A stretch of DNA of 64,000 nucleotides from Acidobacteriota bacterium (GCA_965217775.1 CBDCJH010000002.1:544001-608000), one strand, 5' to 3'. Counted from the first letter of the stretch, positions 39,827-53,021 are shown. The notes: generated from the letters alone by a model not told the origin. Program-made: numbers and translations.

Positions 39827-41067
39827 CCGTCAAGGACCCCTTCGAGGTCAACCTGGACTGCGTCCACTGCGGTTTCTGCCTCCCCAGATGCCCGACCTAC
39901 CAGGTCTTGGGCGACGAGAACGACTCACCCCGCGGCCGCATCTACCTGATGGACCTGGTCCGGGAGGGTCGCCTGCCGCTCGACGACATCGTCATGACGC
40001 ACCTGGACCGGTGTCTGGGATGCCGGGCCTGTGAAACCGCCTGTCCCTCGGGCGTCCGCTACGAGCTGATGCTGAACCGGACCCGGGCCCGGATCTACGA
40101 GAGCCGTCCTCCTTCGTGGATCGAGCGTCTCGCCTTTCGCCGGATCCTGCCCTCTCCCGGGTTGCTCCGTCACGGCGCCCGTCTGGCGCGTCTCTACCAA
40201 GTGACGCTCCAGCGCTGGGTGCGGTCCAGCCGCGTCCTGGCCCGCTGCGCTCCGAAGCTGGTAGAGATGGAAAAGAAGTTGCCCGCCGTACCGCCGCCGT
40301 ACCGTCTGAAAGCGTTCTATGCGGCGAAGGGGCCGAGACGGGCCCGCGTCGGGTTTCTGTCGGGGTGCGTGATGCCCATCCTCTTTCCCGAGGTCCACCA
40401 GGCCAGCATTCAACTGCTCCGGAGAGCCGGGTGTGAGGTCGTGGTCCCACCGGGTCAGCGCTGCTGCGGCGCCCTCCACTCCCACGCCGGAGACCAGGAG
40501 GGAGCGGGACGGCAGGCGCGGATCAACCTCCAGGCCTTTCCCTGGCGGGATCTGGACGCCGTCGTGGTCAACTCGGCCGGCTGCGGCGCCGCCATGAAGG
40601 AGTGGCCCCATCTTCCCGGGAGCACCGACGAAATGGCCCGGTTCTCGCACCAGGTCAAGGACGTCTGCGAGTTCCTGGTGGAGATGGATCCTTCCTGGGA
40701 GCTGGGCCCGCTTCCGCTCCGAGTCGCCTATGACGACCCTTGCCATCTACTCCACGGGCAGGGAATTTATTCCCAGCCCCGCAGCCTCATGGCACAGATC
40801 CCCGAACTGACTCTCCTGGAAGTTCCCAACAGCGAACGCTGCTGCGGAAGCGCCGGAATCTACAACCTGCTGCAACCGGAGCTCGCGGGCCAGTTGCTGG
40901 ATCGGAAGCTCGACGAGATCCTGAGCGTCGATCCGCAACGAGTGACCACGGCCAATCCGGGGTGTCTCATGCAGATCCGGTTCGGCCTGAAGAGTTCCGG
41001 CGCCCCGATCCCGGTGCAACACCCGGTGGAGTTGCTCTACGAGTCCGTCCGGTCAATTCCCGCGTAG
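39811..41067 (+). CDS. glcF: Glycolate oxidase Fe-S subunit GlcF
   Basis: CVHCGFCLPRCPTY..END SPRGRI, CLGCRACETACPSGV, two CCG domains. Confidence 0.88.
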   Translation: MPGKVTVKDPFEVNLDCVHCGFCLPRCPTYQVLGDENDSPRGRIYLMDLVREGRLPLDDIVMTHLDRCLGCRACETACPSGVRYELMLNRTRARIYESRPPSWIERLAFRRILPSPGLLRHGARLARLYQVTLQRWVRSSRVLARCAPKLVEMEKKLPAVPPPYRLKAFYAAKGPRRARVGFLSGCVMPILFPEVHQASIQLLRRAGCEVVVPPGQRCCGALHSHAGDQEGAGRQARINLQAFPWRDLDAVVVNSAGCGAAMKEWPHLPGSTDEMARFSHQVKDVCEFLVEMDPSWELGPLPLRVAYDDPCHLLHGQGIYSQPRSLMAQIPELTLLEVPNSERCCGSAGIYNLLQPELAGQLLDRKLDEILSVDPQRVTTANPGCLMQIRFGLKSSGAPIPVQHPVELLYESVRSIPA

Positions 41068-41079
41068 GTCGATACCGGA

Positions 41080-42336
41080 TCAGATCCCGCCCCAGAAACG
41101 TCCCGGATTGAGCGTCCGCCGGGGGTCGAACTGTTCCTTGATCCGTCTCATGAGGGGCACGGGCTGGGTGGTGGGTCCCCAGACGTCCAGGCCCTGCTTC
41201 AATGCCGCATCCGCCTTGAACAGCGTGCTGTAGACGGGCTGGTTTTCCCAGCGGGAGCGGAGGTCCCGGAGAAAATCGGTCCCGGTCGTAAAGATCAGGA
41301 GGGTGCTGCCGGCAGCGTGCCCCGAGAGTCCGTGACCCGGAAGCGTCTGCTCGACCCAACGGTGGACCTCCTCCAGCAGCCCGGCGGGAGCGCTGATTCG
41401 GACCACGACCCTTCCATTGTCCGGCTCCAAGGCCCGGCTCAACTCCCGGTCCCAGCCCTTCCAAAAGGAGTCCGCCTCGGCCGTGTCCAGGAATCGAATT
41501 CCGGGACAGTGTTGACGGACCGCACGGCTCTTCCATTGGATCGGGCCCTCCGAATCTCGAAGCTCGATGGCCAGACCGTAGCGGTCCGATGCGGCCGCCT
41601 GCAGCCGCAGACCCGATGCTTCCCCTCCCTCAAGGAATCCCATACCGGGTCGGAACAACTCCAGCGCCGCCGGCACGACCTGGTTGCGCAACGAAATCGC
41701 CGTCTCCAGCAGTTCGCTCAGATTGTCGAATTTCAAGAACCCGGTCCGGGAGGCGGGAGGCAAAGGACGGACCTTGAAGGTGGCGTGGGTGATGATTCCC
41801 AGGGTCCCCATGGATCCGGCGTAGAGCTTGCACAGGTCGTATCCTGCCACGTTCTTGACCACGCGCCCTCCGGCGTGGCTGAGTCGGCCGTCGGCGTGCA
41901 GGACCTCGATGCCGATGAGGAACTCCCTCATCCCGCCCATTGCCAAGCTGAAACGCCCGGCCAGAGCCGTGGCCACGGCCCCGCCGACGGTGGCGTGCCG
42001 ATAGTTGGGTGGACGGAAGGGCAGGAATTGTCCGGCCTCGGACAGCGTTTCCTGGAGCCGTTCCAAGGGACAACCCGCCTCTACGGTGACCGTCAGGTCG
42101 CCGGGGCTGTGGTCCAGAATTCGGTCCCAACCACGGACGGACAGGATGTGGGTCGCCTGCTCCGGGTCGTTTCCCAGGAACCACTGCCCCCCACCTCCCA
42201 GGATGAGGACCGCATCTCCCGCTCGATTCCGCTCACGGATCCAGTCGCGGCACGACTCCGGATCGGGAGGTTCATGGACCGGCGGGACGCCTCCCTTCAG
42301 CTCCAGCCAGCGACAAGCCTGCGACGGAGAAATCAT
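41080..42336 (-). CDS. glcE: FAD-binding glycolate oxidase subunit GlcE-like
   Basis: DLTVTVEAG, ATVGG, GGRVVKNVAGYDLCKL..GSMGTLG, KEQFDPRRTLNPGRF. Confidence 0.8.
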   Translation of the reverse strand: MISPSQACRWLELKGGVPPVHEPPDPESCRDWIRERNRAGDAVLILGGGGQWFLGNDPEQATHILSVRGWDRILDHSPGDLTVTVEAGCPLERLQETLSEAGQFLPFRPPNYRHATVGGAVATALAGRFSLAMGGMREFLIGIEVLHADGRLSHAGGRVVKNVAGYDLCKLYAGSMGTLGIITHATFKVRPLPPASRTGFLKFDNLSELLETAISLRNQVVPAALELFRPGMGFLEGGEASGLRLQAAASDRYGLAIELRDSEGPIQWKSRAVRQHCPGIRFLDTAEADSFWKGWDRELSRALEPDNGRVVVRISAPAGLLEEVHRWVEQTLPGHGLSGHAAGSTLLIFTTGTDFLRDLRSRWENQPVYSTLFKADAALKQGLDVWGPTTQPVPLMRRIKEQFDPRRTLNPGRFWGGI

Positions 42337-42515
42337 GCCGGTTCCCGCTCCCTTCCGGGACCCGTCCTGCTATTCATAATGGCCCCAGACTCTACTACAA
42401 TTTCCGTCTTGCCCCGGCGCCCGCCATTTGGTTTCTCTTGCCGGCAACCGGGACCTGAATATTTCGGCGGCGACAATTCACTTGGTCCAGCCGCCGCGAA
42501 GAACGGAGGAGGAGG

Positions 42516-43577
42516 ATGGATCTGGTAGGAGTCATCATGGCCGGAGGCGCCGGAACTCGTTTCTGGCCTCTCAGCACCGCTCAGCGGCCCAAGCAGTTCC
42601 TCCGGCTGGTGGACGAGGAGAGCCTGCTCCAGAAGAGTTTTCTCCGGTTGGAGGGGCTCATCGACCGGGAACGGATCCTGGTCCTCACCAACGAGGCGTT
42701 CGTTCCCCTGGTTCGAGAGCAACTTCCCCAGGTCCCGGCCCACAACGTCGTGGGAGAGCCGCTGCGCCGGGACACGGCCGCCGCCGTCTGCCTGGCGGCC
42801 ACCCTGGTGCGGAAGAGATTCGGAGACAGTGTCATCGCCACGGTGACCGCGGACCATCTGATCGAGCCGGTGGAGGAATTCCGAGAGACCCTGATCTCGG
42901 CCGCCCGGGCAGCGGTCGCTAGCGGGGCCCTCTACACCTTCGGCATCCGTCCCACTTCCCCCGCCACCGCCTACGGCTACCTGGAGCTGGGCGAGCCACT
43001 GGACCTGGACCCTGACGTCCAGCATTTCCGCATTGCCAGCTTCCGGGAAAAACCGGACCTGGAATTGGCCCGGGAGTACGTGGCCTCGGGAAACTATTTC
43101 TGGAATTCGGGGATGTTCGTCTGGTCCACTCAAGCCATCCTCCGCGAGTTGGAAGCGAACCTGCCGCTTCACGTCCGGCACCTCACGGCCGCCGTCGAGA
43201 GTTTCGGGACCGATGCCTGGCCCCAGGCATTGGTGGCCGGTCTCGATCCACTCGAGTCGATCTCCATCGACTTTGCGGTGATGGAGAAGGCCCGGGAGGT
43301 CCGTTGCGTGGCCTCGTCCTTCTCCTGGACCGATCTGGGAGGTTGGCTGGCCCTGTTGCCCTTCTTGGATGAGGACACGGATGGAAACGCCTGCCGGGGC
43401 CGGATCCGGACCCTGGACGCGCGGGGAAACCTGATCTATTGCGACGATCCGGCCGAGACGGTGGTCGTGGTGGGGGTCGAGGGGCTGGTGGCGGTTCGGT
43501 CCGGAGATCGGACCCTGATCGTCCCCAGAGATCGGCTGGAGGAGATCAAGTCGGTGGTGGCGAAGCTGCAAACCTAG
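42516..43577 (+). CDS. manC: Mannose-1-phosphate guanylyltransferase
   Basis: IMAGGAGTRFWPLS...PKQFL, EP..RDTA, FREKP, WNSGMF, ISIDFAVMEK, WTDLGGW. Confidence 0.9.
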   Translation: MDLVGVIMAGGAGTRFWPLSTAQRPKQFLRLVDEESLLQKSFLRLEGLIDRERILVLTNEAFVPLVREQLPQVPAHNVVGEPLRRDTAAAVCLAATLVRKRFGDSVIATVTADHLIEPVEEFRETLISAARAAVASGALYTFGIRPTSPATAYGYLELGEPLDLDPDVQHFRIASFREKPDLELAREYVASGNYFWNSGMFVWSTQAILRELEANLPLHVRHLTAAVESFGTDAWPQALVAGLDPLESISIDFAVMEKAREVRCVASSFSWTDLGGWLALLPFLDEDTDGNACRGRIRTLDARGNLIYCDDPAETVVVVGVEGLVAVRSGDRTLIVPRDRLEEIKSVVAKLQT

Positions 43578-46500
43578 GTTTGCGCCGGCCGCGGACCCGG
43601 GGAGCGGCCCCGGCCGTCAGCCCCGGCGGCGGATTCGATCGATCTCCCACTGGGAGTCCGTCGCGAAAGTAGAGGAAGTCGCCGGCAGTGGGCCGCACGC
43701 GGTTCCCGGGCAGGATGATTCCGGCCAGGTTCAAGGGGTCCGCCGTGGACACGCGGATCACCTCGCCATCCGGCTCCAGGCGGCGGCAGGCTCTGAGGGC
43801 TTCCAGGGCTTCCGGCAGCGAGAACTGCTCGCCGTAGAATCCGGCGACGAATCGCCCTCCCCGGATCTCTCCTCTGGCTTCCAGCCGCCGGTACACTTGA
43901 AGCAGGTCTCTCCAGGATGGCGCCAACGATTCTCGCGCCAGGAGATCACGAAAGACGACTCCCCAGCGTTTGAGCAACTGACGAGCCATAGGCTCCAGGT
44001 CCCGGGTCGAGCCGGCAGATTCGATTTCCCGGTCCCGGCGGCCTCGCAACAGGGTCCAGCGGCCGGCGGCCGGTTTCACCCGGGGCTTCCGTTTTCGGTT
44101 CCGGGAGGGCCGGTGGGGACCCCGACGCCGCGACGGATCGATGAGGGCCCGCAGGTTGTCGAACCCGTCCGCCGTGACCAGCCCGCAGCGCACGAGTTCC
44201 CAGAGTCCCTCCTCCACTTCCACCGGGAGCCGGCCGGTGCCGCGCACCAGATCCTCCAGGAACGACGCTCCCCAACGCTCCAGGTCGGCCAGCACCTCCC
44301 TGGCCGGATGGGAGAGAGACGAGGCGTCGGCGCCTGTATCCCGGGATCGGAGAGAGAGGTAATGGGCCATCTCCTCCCGCCGGAAAAAAGAGATGGGAGT
44401 CAGCCGGCTCGGTTTCATCCGGACACCGGTTCGATCCGGCGTCTTCCGGGAGAATCCGTTGCTGATCCGTCCCCAGGTGAAGAGGCCGGAGAGGCAGGAT
44501 CGGTCCAGGAGCGAAGGCTCGTAGTCGTGAAGACGGACCTTGAGCAGGTGCATTTCCCAGGCTGCCGCCGGGGCCTCGTGCCCTTGAAGCTGTTCCAGGA
44601 TCAGGGACAGGCCGACCTCGCCGTGGAGGCGGCTGGCGGGGGAGAGATGTTGCCAGCGGAAGAGGAAGCGCATGAATTGTGCGGCGGAGACCGGGGCGAT
44701 CCGGCGCCGCAGACGGCCCAGGGTCATACGGTGGATGCGGGCCAGGAGTCCTCTCTCGCACCATTCGATCTCCTCGACGCCGGGCCGAAAACGTCCTCGG
44801 AGGGTATGGCCTTCCGCCTCCAGGGCGTGTAGAGCCGCCGTAGCGCCGGCTTCCGGGATCCGGAGCTGCCGGCAGAGCTCACGGCAGGTCAGGGGACCGG
44901 AGGCGTCGAGTCGGCTGCGGACCAACTCGGTCAGGGACTTCTGGTGATCCAGGTCCCGGTCGCGCTCCCAGACGAGTTCGTCCGCGTCGCACCCGCCCTC
45001 CGGCTCGAAGCGCACTCCCGGGTAGGCCGTTCGGATCAGCCTCGTCCGCTCGGCCGACGCGAAGTAACCGGACGCCCGGCCGGGTCCAGCGTCCTCGGAG
45101 GTCGCCGGCAGTCGAACCCGGCGTACCCGGTCCTCCGCCAGGAGCCGCCGCAAAAGGTCGGTGTGGGGCGCGACTTCCGATTCCTCCATCAGGCCCAGGG
45201 TCAGGAGGGCGTCGTGAAGCTCATCCGCGTCCCGTATCGCAGGCCAGGCTTGGGCGCAGACCTTCCGAATGGCGTCGGGATCCAGATCGCAAAGCTCCCG
45301 AGCCTCCTCCGGCAGGATGTTGCGCCGGGTCCGGACGGCGCGGGCCCGGCGTTCCTCCAGGGGCGCGTCGTCGAGAAAGGCATACGGATTGGCGTTGAGG
45401 ATCTCGTGGCTGAAGGGGGACGGTTCCCGCGTATCCACGGCCGTAGCGCGAATGTTTCCGGTCTCGATTCGCGCCAGAACTTCTTCCAGGCCCTCGATAT
45501 CCGTAGCCTCGGTGAGGCAATCGTGAAGGGTCTCCCGGACCAGGGGGTGATCGGGAATGGCGATGTCGCCCTGGATATTCTCCTGGCAGGCGGCCTGTTC
45601 CGGAAACACGGAAGCCAGCAGATCGTCGGATCGCATGCGCTGCAACGGCGGTGGGACCTTTCGGCCCCCGGCGAAGCGGGGGACCGCCAGCGCGCGGCAG
45701 GCGTTCCAGCGCCATCGGGTTCCGAACAAAGGCGTGTCCAGGAGGGCCTGAATCAGGATCTCCTTCACGGTGGCGGTGGCAAGAAAGGAGAAGATGGTCT
45801 CCAACGGGAAACTGTGCTGATCGCTCAGGGAGATGAGGATGCCGTTGTCGGTGGCGGCCGCCTGCAGCTCGAAGTTGAAGGATCGGCAGAAACGCTTGCG
45901 CAGCGCCAATCCCCAGGCCCGGTTGAGACGGGTGCCGAAGGGAGCGTGTACCACCAACTGCATCCCGCCCGATTCGTCGAAGAATCTCTCCGCCACCACG
46001 CAATCGAGCGTCGGCGGCATTTTCAGGGCCGCGGCGCCGGCCCGGACGTATTGGATCGCCTGGATAGCTCCGAACTGGTCGAGGCCGCAGTCCTTCCGGA
46101 GCCACTCCTCAGCCCGGGCCTCGCTGGTCCGGGCGATCTCCTCCCGGAGGCGGGAGAGGGACTCGGACAGCTCCCAGGTCCGGCCGGGAGCCTCTCCCCG
46201 CCAGAAGGGGACCGTGGGCGGGGCGCCCTGGGCGTTCCGGACCCGAACGGTTCCCGATTCCACTCGCTGGATCCTCCAGGAGGTGCTGCCCAGGAGGAAG
46301 ATGTCCCCTCGGCTGCTCTCGACGGCGAAGTCCTCGTCCAGGGTTCCCACCACCGTATCTTCGGGCTCTTCCTTGACCAGGAAGTCGGCCCTGTCGGGAA
46401 TGGCTCCGCCGGAGGTCATGGCCACCAGGCCGGCCCCTCTCCGCGGCCGGATCCTTCCCCGGATCCGGTCCCAGTGGAGGTGGGCTCCCCGGCGCCCCCG

Positions 46501-47868
46501 GCGGGTGGAGATGCCTTCGGAGAGCATGCCCAGAATCCGGTCGAAGTCCTGCCGGCTCAGGTCCCGGTAGGAGGCGGCTCGGCGAAACGTGGAGAACATT
46601 TCGTCGTCACTCCACTCGCGGGAAGCGGCGGCGGCCACCATCTGCTGCGCCAGGATGTCCAGCGGGCACCGGGGCATGATGATGCGGTCCAGGGTTCCGT
46701 TGTGAATGGATCGGACCAGGGCGGCGCACTCCAGCAGTTCGTCCCGGGTCGTGGGGAAGATTCGACCCTTGGGAATGGCGCCCTTCCAGTGTCCCGATCG
46801 GCCCACTCTCTGGAGCAGGAGGGAGATGTTGCGCGTCGAGCCGATCTGGCAGACCAGATCCACCCAGCCCACGTCGATTCCCAACTCCAGCGAGGCGGTG
46901 GCCACGACTCCTTTGAGCTCGCCCCGTTTCAACCGCGACTCCACGTCCAGGCGGATCTCGCGGGACAGGCTCCCATGGTGGGCCTGAACGGCCGCTTCGC
47001 CGAGCCGCTGGGCCAGTTGATGGGCCAGGCGTTCGGCCAGTCGCCGAGTATTGACGAAGACCAGGGTGGAGCGGTGCTCCTCGATGAGCTCGGTGATGCG
47101 ATTGTAGACATCGTCCCAGGTCTCGTGGGAGATGACCGCCCCCCGCTCGGCACCGGGAACCTCGATGGCCAGATCCATCTTCCGGCGGTGACCCACGTCG
47201 ATGATCCGGGCCCGGCGATCGGGTCCGGTGAGAAATCCGCACACCTCCCGGATCGGTTTCTGGGTCGCCGAGAGGCCGATTCTCTGAAACGCGCTTCCGG
47301 TGAGGTCCTCCAGACGCTCCAGCGAGAGACTCAGGTGAGCGCCCCTCTTGTCCCGGGCCAGGGCGTGAATCTCGTCGACGATCACGGTTCGGGTCTCCTT
47401 CAGCATGGTTCTTCCGCCACGGGAAGTGAGCAGGATGAAGAGGGACTCGGGAGTCGTGACCAGGATGTGCGGAGGGGTTCGCTTCATTCGGGCGCGTTCC
47501 CGGGCCAGGGTGTCTCCGGTCCGGACCAGCGCCAGTATGGGGGAGAGCTCCAGGCCCCGGGAATTCCCCAATTGCTGAATCTGCTCCAAGGGCTCCAGCA
47601 GGTTCATACGGATGTCGTTGGCCAGGGCCTTCAGCGGCGAGATATACACGATCTGGGTGCTCTGGGAGAGTTCCTGGCGGGTACTCTGTCCGATGAGCCG
47701 GTCGATGGCGCAAAGAAAGGCGGCCAACGTCTTCCCGGAGCCGGTGGGGGCGGAGATGAGGACATTCTCGCCCCTCTGAATGGCCGGCCACCCGAGACTC
47801 TGAGGCTCGGTCGGCTCGCCGAACCGGTCTCGGAACCACTCCTGCACCACCGGTTGAAACTGGACCAT
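43546..47868 (-). CDS. lhr: Lhr-family ATP-dependent helicase
   Basis: APTGSGKT, ILVTTPESL, VDEIH, SAT, TASLELGID, QRVGRSGH, C-terminal RGGRFVAGFYGEQF; 1440 aa. Confidence 0.9.
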   Translation of the reverse strand: MVQFQPVVQEWFRDRFGEPTEPQSLGWPAIQRGENVLISAPTGSGKTLAAFLCAIDRLIGQSTRQELSQSTQIVYISPLKALANDIRMNLLEPLEQIQQLGNSRGLELSPILALVRTGDTLARERARMKRTPPHILVTTPESLFILLTSRGGRTMLKETRTVIVDEIHALARDKRGAHLSLSLERLEDLTGSAFQRIGLSATQKPIREVCGFLTGPDRRARIIDVGHRRKMDLAIEVPGAERGAVISHETWDDVYNRITELIEEHRSTLVFVNTRRLAERLAHQLAQRLGEAAVQAHHGSLSREIRLDVESRLKRGELKGVVATASLELGIDVGWVDLVCQIGSTRNISLLLQRVGRSGHWKGAIPKGRIFPTTRDELLECAALVRSIHNGTLDRIIMPRCPLDILAQQMVAAAASREWSDDEMFSTFRRAASYRDLSRQDFDRILGMLSEGISTRRGRRGAHLHWDRIRGRIRPRRGAGLVAMTSGGAIPDRADFLVKEEPEDTVVGTLDEDFAVESSRGDIFLLGSTSWRIQRVESGTVRVRNAQGAPPTVPFWRGEAPGRTWELSESLSRLREEIARTSEARAEEWLRKDCGLDQFGAIQAIQYVRAGAAALKMPPTLDCVVAERFFDESGGMQLVVHAPFGTRLNRAWGLALRKRFCRSFNFELQAAATDNGILISLSDQHSFPLETIFSFLATATVKEILIQALLDTPLFGTRWRWNACRALAVPRFAGGRKVPPPLQRMRSDDLLASVFPEQAACQENIQGDIAIPDHPLVRETLHDCLTEATDIEGLEEVLARIETGNIRATAVDTREPSPFSHEILNANPYAFLDDAPLEERRARAVRTRRNILPEEARELCDLDPDAIRKVCAQAWPAIRDADELHDALLTLGLMEESEVAPHTDLLRRLLAEDRVRRVRLPATSEDAGPGRASGYFASAERTRLIRTAYPGVRFEPEGGCDADELVWERDRDLDHQKSLTELVRSRLDASGPLTCRELCRQLRIPEAGATAALHALEAEGHTLRGRFRPGVEEIEWCERGLLARIHRMTLGRLRRRIAPVSAAQFMRFLFRWQHLSPASRLHGEVGLSLILEQLQGHEAPAAAWEMHLLKVRLHDYEPSLLDRSCLSGLFTWGRISNGFSRKTPDRTGVRMKPSRLTPISFFRREEMAHYLSLRSRDTGADASSLSHPAREVLADLERWGASFLEDLVRGTGRLPVEVEEGLWELVRCGLVTADGFDNLRALIDPSRRRGPHRPSRNRKRKPRVKPAAGRWTLLRGRRDREIESAGSTRDLEPMARQLLKRWGVVFRDLLARESLAPSWRDLLQVYRRLEARGEIRGGRFVAGFYGEQFSLPEALEALRACRRLEPDGEVIRVSTADPLNLAGIILPGNRVRPTAGDFLYFRDGLPVGDRSNPPPGLTAGAAPRVRGRRKPRFAASPPPT

Positions 47869-48153
47869 TGATCCTTCCCTGAGCGTCGGCTCCCGCTTCG
47901 ACCAATTCTAGGGATTGGGGGTGAAAGTCGCCATGAAGTCTGCCGGGAACCGCTTAATGCGGTCCATTCCGGCACTGCACGGGAAGGACACCCGGGTCAT
48001 CCGAGGCCCCGTCCATTTGCGGCTCGACTTGAAGCCGGTAAGAGGGTGTGGAACTCTTGGTTTTGGCCTGATTGGGGCATCGAAACTTGATCCTGGACCA
48101 GGAGGAACCCGGGTCCGAAAGAACGATGCCCGTTTGCCCGGGGGTCCGGTCCG

Positions 48154-50447
<2,294 letters not shown>

Positions 50448-50494
50448 CCGACTTTGCCGGGCGACTCGGATCGGCTCTGTCAAGGTGAGTCCAA

Positions 50495-51688
50495 GTGTAT
50501 CCGCAGAAGCGATCGATTCGAGACCTGGAGTTGGCGGGAAGAGCGCTCTTCCTCCGAGTCGATTACAACGTGCCCATCCGTTCCGGAAGGGTTGCGGACG
50601 ACACCCGGATCCGGGCCTCGATCCCGACCCTCAGGGTCGCCGTCGAAAAGGGCGCGAGAGTGGTGTTGGCGTCCCACCTGGGCCGACCCAAGGGTGTGGG
50701 TGACCCGTCTCTGTCGCTGGAGCCGGTGTCCGGCTGTCTCTCGTCGCTGTTGGGAAGCCCGGTTCGATTCGTCGGAGATTGCCTGGGGCCGCCGGTCCGG
50801 CGGGCCGTGGACTCTCTCGGACCGGGAGAAATCCTGCTGCTGGAAAACCTGAGGTTCCATTCCGGGGAGGTAGAGAACGATCTTGATTTCGCCGGCCAAC
50901 TTGCGGCTCCCGCCGAGGAGTACGTCAACGACGCGTTCGGCACGGCCCATAGAACCCACGCCTCCACCGTCGGGGTTCCCACCGTCCTGGGACACGGAGC
51001 CGCCGGACTCCTGATGGAAAAGGAACTCGATCAGCTTGACCGGGTCCTCTCCGACCCCCGTCCTCCGGTGGTGGCCATATTGGGCGGCGCCAAGGTGTCG
51101 GGCAAGATCGGCGTGATCGAGAACTTCCTGTCCTTGGCCGACACCATCTTGATGGGAGGGGGCATGGCCTTTACCTTTCTCAAGGCTCTCGGAATCGATG
51201 TGGGACGCTCGCTGATGGAGGAATCCTGTCTGGAGACGGCCCGAAAGGCACTCCGGGACGCCGCCGCGTGCGGGACTCGCCTGGTGCTTCCCGAGGACGT
51301 CGTGGTTGCCCGCAAGTGCGCTCCGGGAGAGGAGACTTGGACGGTCCCGGTGGAGTCCATGCCAACCGACCGGATGGGGTTGGATATCGGACCCGGAACG
51401 CGCCGGCGTTTCCGGGAGGAGATCGAAAAGGCCGAGACCGTGATCTGGAATGGTCCACTGGGAGTGTTCGAAATCGAGGAGTTCGCGGCCGGCACCCTGG
51501 AGGTGGCCCGGTCGGTGGGGGCTTCCCGAGCCTTTTCGGTGGTCGGAGGCGGGGACTCGGCGGCCGCTGTCGGCCGGGCCCGGGTCAGGGATTCCATCGA
51601 TCACGTGTCCACCGGTGGAGGAGCGTCCCTGGACTATCTGGCCGGGAAGACCCTTCCCGGGGTTGCGGTCTTGAGCGAGAGCAATTGA
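50495..51688 (+). CDS. pgk: Phosphoglycerate kinase
   Basis: RVDYNVP, SHLGRP, LLENLRF, NDAFGTAHR, GGAKV, STGGGASL. Confidence 0.97.
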   Translation: MYPQKRSIRDLELAGRALFLRVDYNVPIRSGRVADDTRIRASIPTLRVAVEKGARVVLASHLGRPKGVGDPSLSLEPVSGCLSSLLGSPVRFVGDCLGPPVRRAVDSLGPGEILLLENLRFHSGEVENDLDFAGQLAAPAEEYVNDAFGTAHRTHASTVGVPTVLGHGAAGLLMEKELDQLDRVLSDPRPPVVAILGGAKVSGKIGVIENFLSLADTILMGGGMAFTFLKALGIDVGRSLMEESCLETARKALRDAAACGTRLVLPEDVVVARKCAPGEETWTVPVESMPTDRMGLDIGPGTRRRFREEIEKAETVIWNGPLGVFEIEEFAAGTLEVARSVGASRAFSVVGGGDSAAAVGRARVRDSIDHVSTGGGASLDYLAGKTLPGVAVLSESN

Positions 51689-51722
51689 AGTCTGCGGAAC
51701 GCGCATTCAGTGGAGGGATAAG

Positions 51723-52493
51723 TTGAACCATCACAGAAAACCTATCATTGCGGCGAACTGGAAGATGTTCAAAACCGTCCCCGAGGCGAGGGAAACGGCG
51801 GTGCAACTGAAAGTGCTCTTGGACGGCGGTCCTGCGCTGCACTCTCGCGAGGTGGTCGTCTGCCCACCGTTTACCGCGTTGGCGGCCGTCAATGAGGCTC
51901 TCTCCTGTTCCGGCATCCAATTGGGAGGACAGAACCTCCACTGGGAGGACGAAGGCGCCTTCACCGGAGAGATCTCGGCCGGGATGCTCCTGGATTGCGG
52001 TTGCAGGTATGTCCTGTTGGGACACTCGGAACGGCGCCAATTTTTCTTGGAGACGGATGAGGCCGTCTCCCGCAAGCTCAGGACCGTGCTCGCCACGCCT
52101 CTGATCCCGGTTCTGTGCGTGGGGGAGTCTCTGGCCCAGCGGGAGGCCGGCCGGGTGGAAGCAGTGATTGAGTCGCAGTTGGCGGGAGCGCTGGCGGGGG
52201 TGGAGGCCTCCCGGCTGGGTCGCTTGGTGGTGGCCTACGAGCCGGTCTGGGCCATCGGCACCGGAAAGACGGCGACTCCGGCCATCGCCGATCAGGTGCA
52301 CGGCATGATCCGTGAGTGGTTGGCCCGGCACTGTTCGGCGGACATGGCGGCAGCGGTGAGGATTCTCTACGGCGGGAGTGTCAAGCCCGCCAACGCGGGA
52401 GAACTCATGGCCCGGGAAAACATCGACGGCGCCCTGGTGGGCGGAGCCAGTCTTGATGCCGGCTCGTTCGCGCGGATTGTCGAGTTCAAATGA
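51723..52493 (+). CDS. tpiA: Triosephosphate isomerase
   Basis: ANWKM, GHSERR, AYEPVWAIGTG, LYGGSV, LVGGASL. Confidence 0.97.
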   Translation: MNHHRKPIIAANWKMFKTVPEARETAVQLKVLLDGGPALHSREVVVCPPFTALAAVNEALSCSGIQLGGQNLHWEDEGAFTGEISAGMLLDCGCRYVLLGHSERRQFFLETDEAVSRKLRTVLATPLIPVLCVGESLAQREAGRVEAVIESQLAGALAGVEASRLGRLVVAYEPVWAIGTGKTATPAIADQVHGMIREWLARHCSADMAAAVRILYGGSVKPANAGELMARENIDGALVGGASLDAGSFARIVEFK

Positions 52494-52609
52494 GTATAAT
52501 GGGGCCGCGGCCCGTTTTTCGGAGACCGGAGACGACAGGGGTTCGCTGAATTCGGACTTGGCCGGCCAGCTTGGCTGGTGGCGGCCTGCGGAGGCATCGA
52601 TAGATCAAA

Positions 52610-52927
52610 ATGACCCTTATAACGGTATTTCATGTGCTTGCCTGCATCATTTTGATTCTGGTCGTGCTCCTGCAGTCGGGCAAGGCTGGAGACTTGGCTT
52701 CCGCCTTCGGCGGGACGACCAGCCAGACGGCGTTCGGCGCCCGGTCGGCGGCGACGCTTCTCACCAAGGGGACCGCCGTGTTTGCCGTGATCTTCATGGT
52801 GACCTCTTTGGGATTGGCGATCCTCTTCACGCAGGGGACGGAGTCCACGGTGATGGAGGACGTACCGGTGGCGGGAGAGGCTCCGGAAACCCCGCCGGCC
52901 GAGGCGGTGCCGGAGGACCAGCAGTAG
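52610..52927 (+). CDS. secG: Preprotein translocase subunit SecG
   Basis: VVLLQSGKAGDLASAFGG...LTKGT; follows tpiA. Confidence 0.93.
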   Translation: MTLITVFHVLACIILILVVLLQSGKAGDLASAFGGTTSQTAFGARSAATLLTKGTAVFAVIFMVTSLGLAILFTQGTESTVMEDVPVAGEAPETPPAEAVPEDQQ

Positions 52928-52933
52928 GTTCGT

Positions 52934-53021
52934 GCCGGAGTGGTGGAACTTGGCAGACACACCATCTTGAGGGGGTGGCGCCCGACAGGGTGTGCGGGTT
53001 CGAATCCCGCCTCCGGCACCA
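52934..53021 (+). tRNA. tRNA-Leu(GAG)
   Basis: Acceptor GCCGGAG/CTCCGGC, anticodon stem CCATC-TTGAGGG-GGTGG, long variable arm, GGTTCGAATCC, encoded CCA. Confidence 0.95.

Noticed and set aside
43546-43577. 32-bp convergent overlap of manC and lhr
   Set aside because: Short tail overlaps are common in GC-rich genomes; the lhr tail looks like a low-complexity extension.
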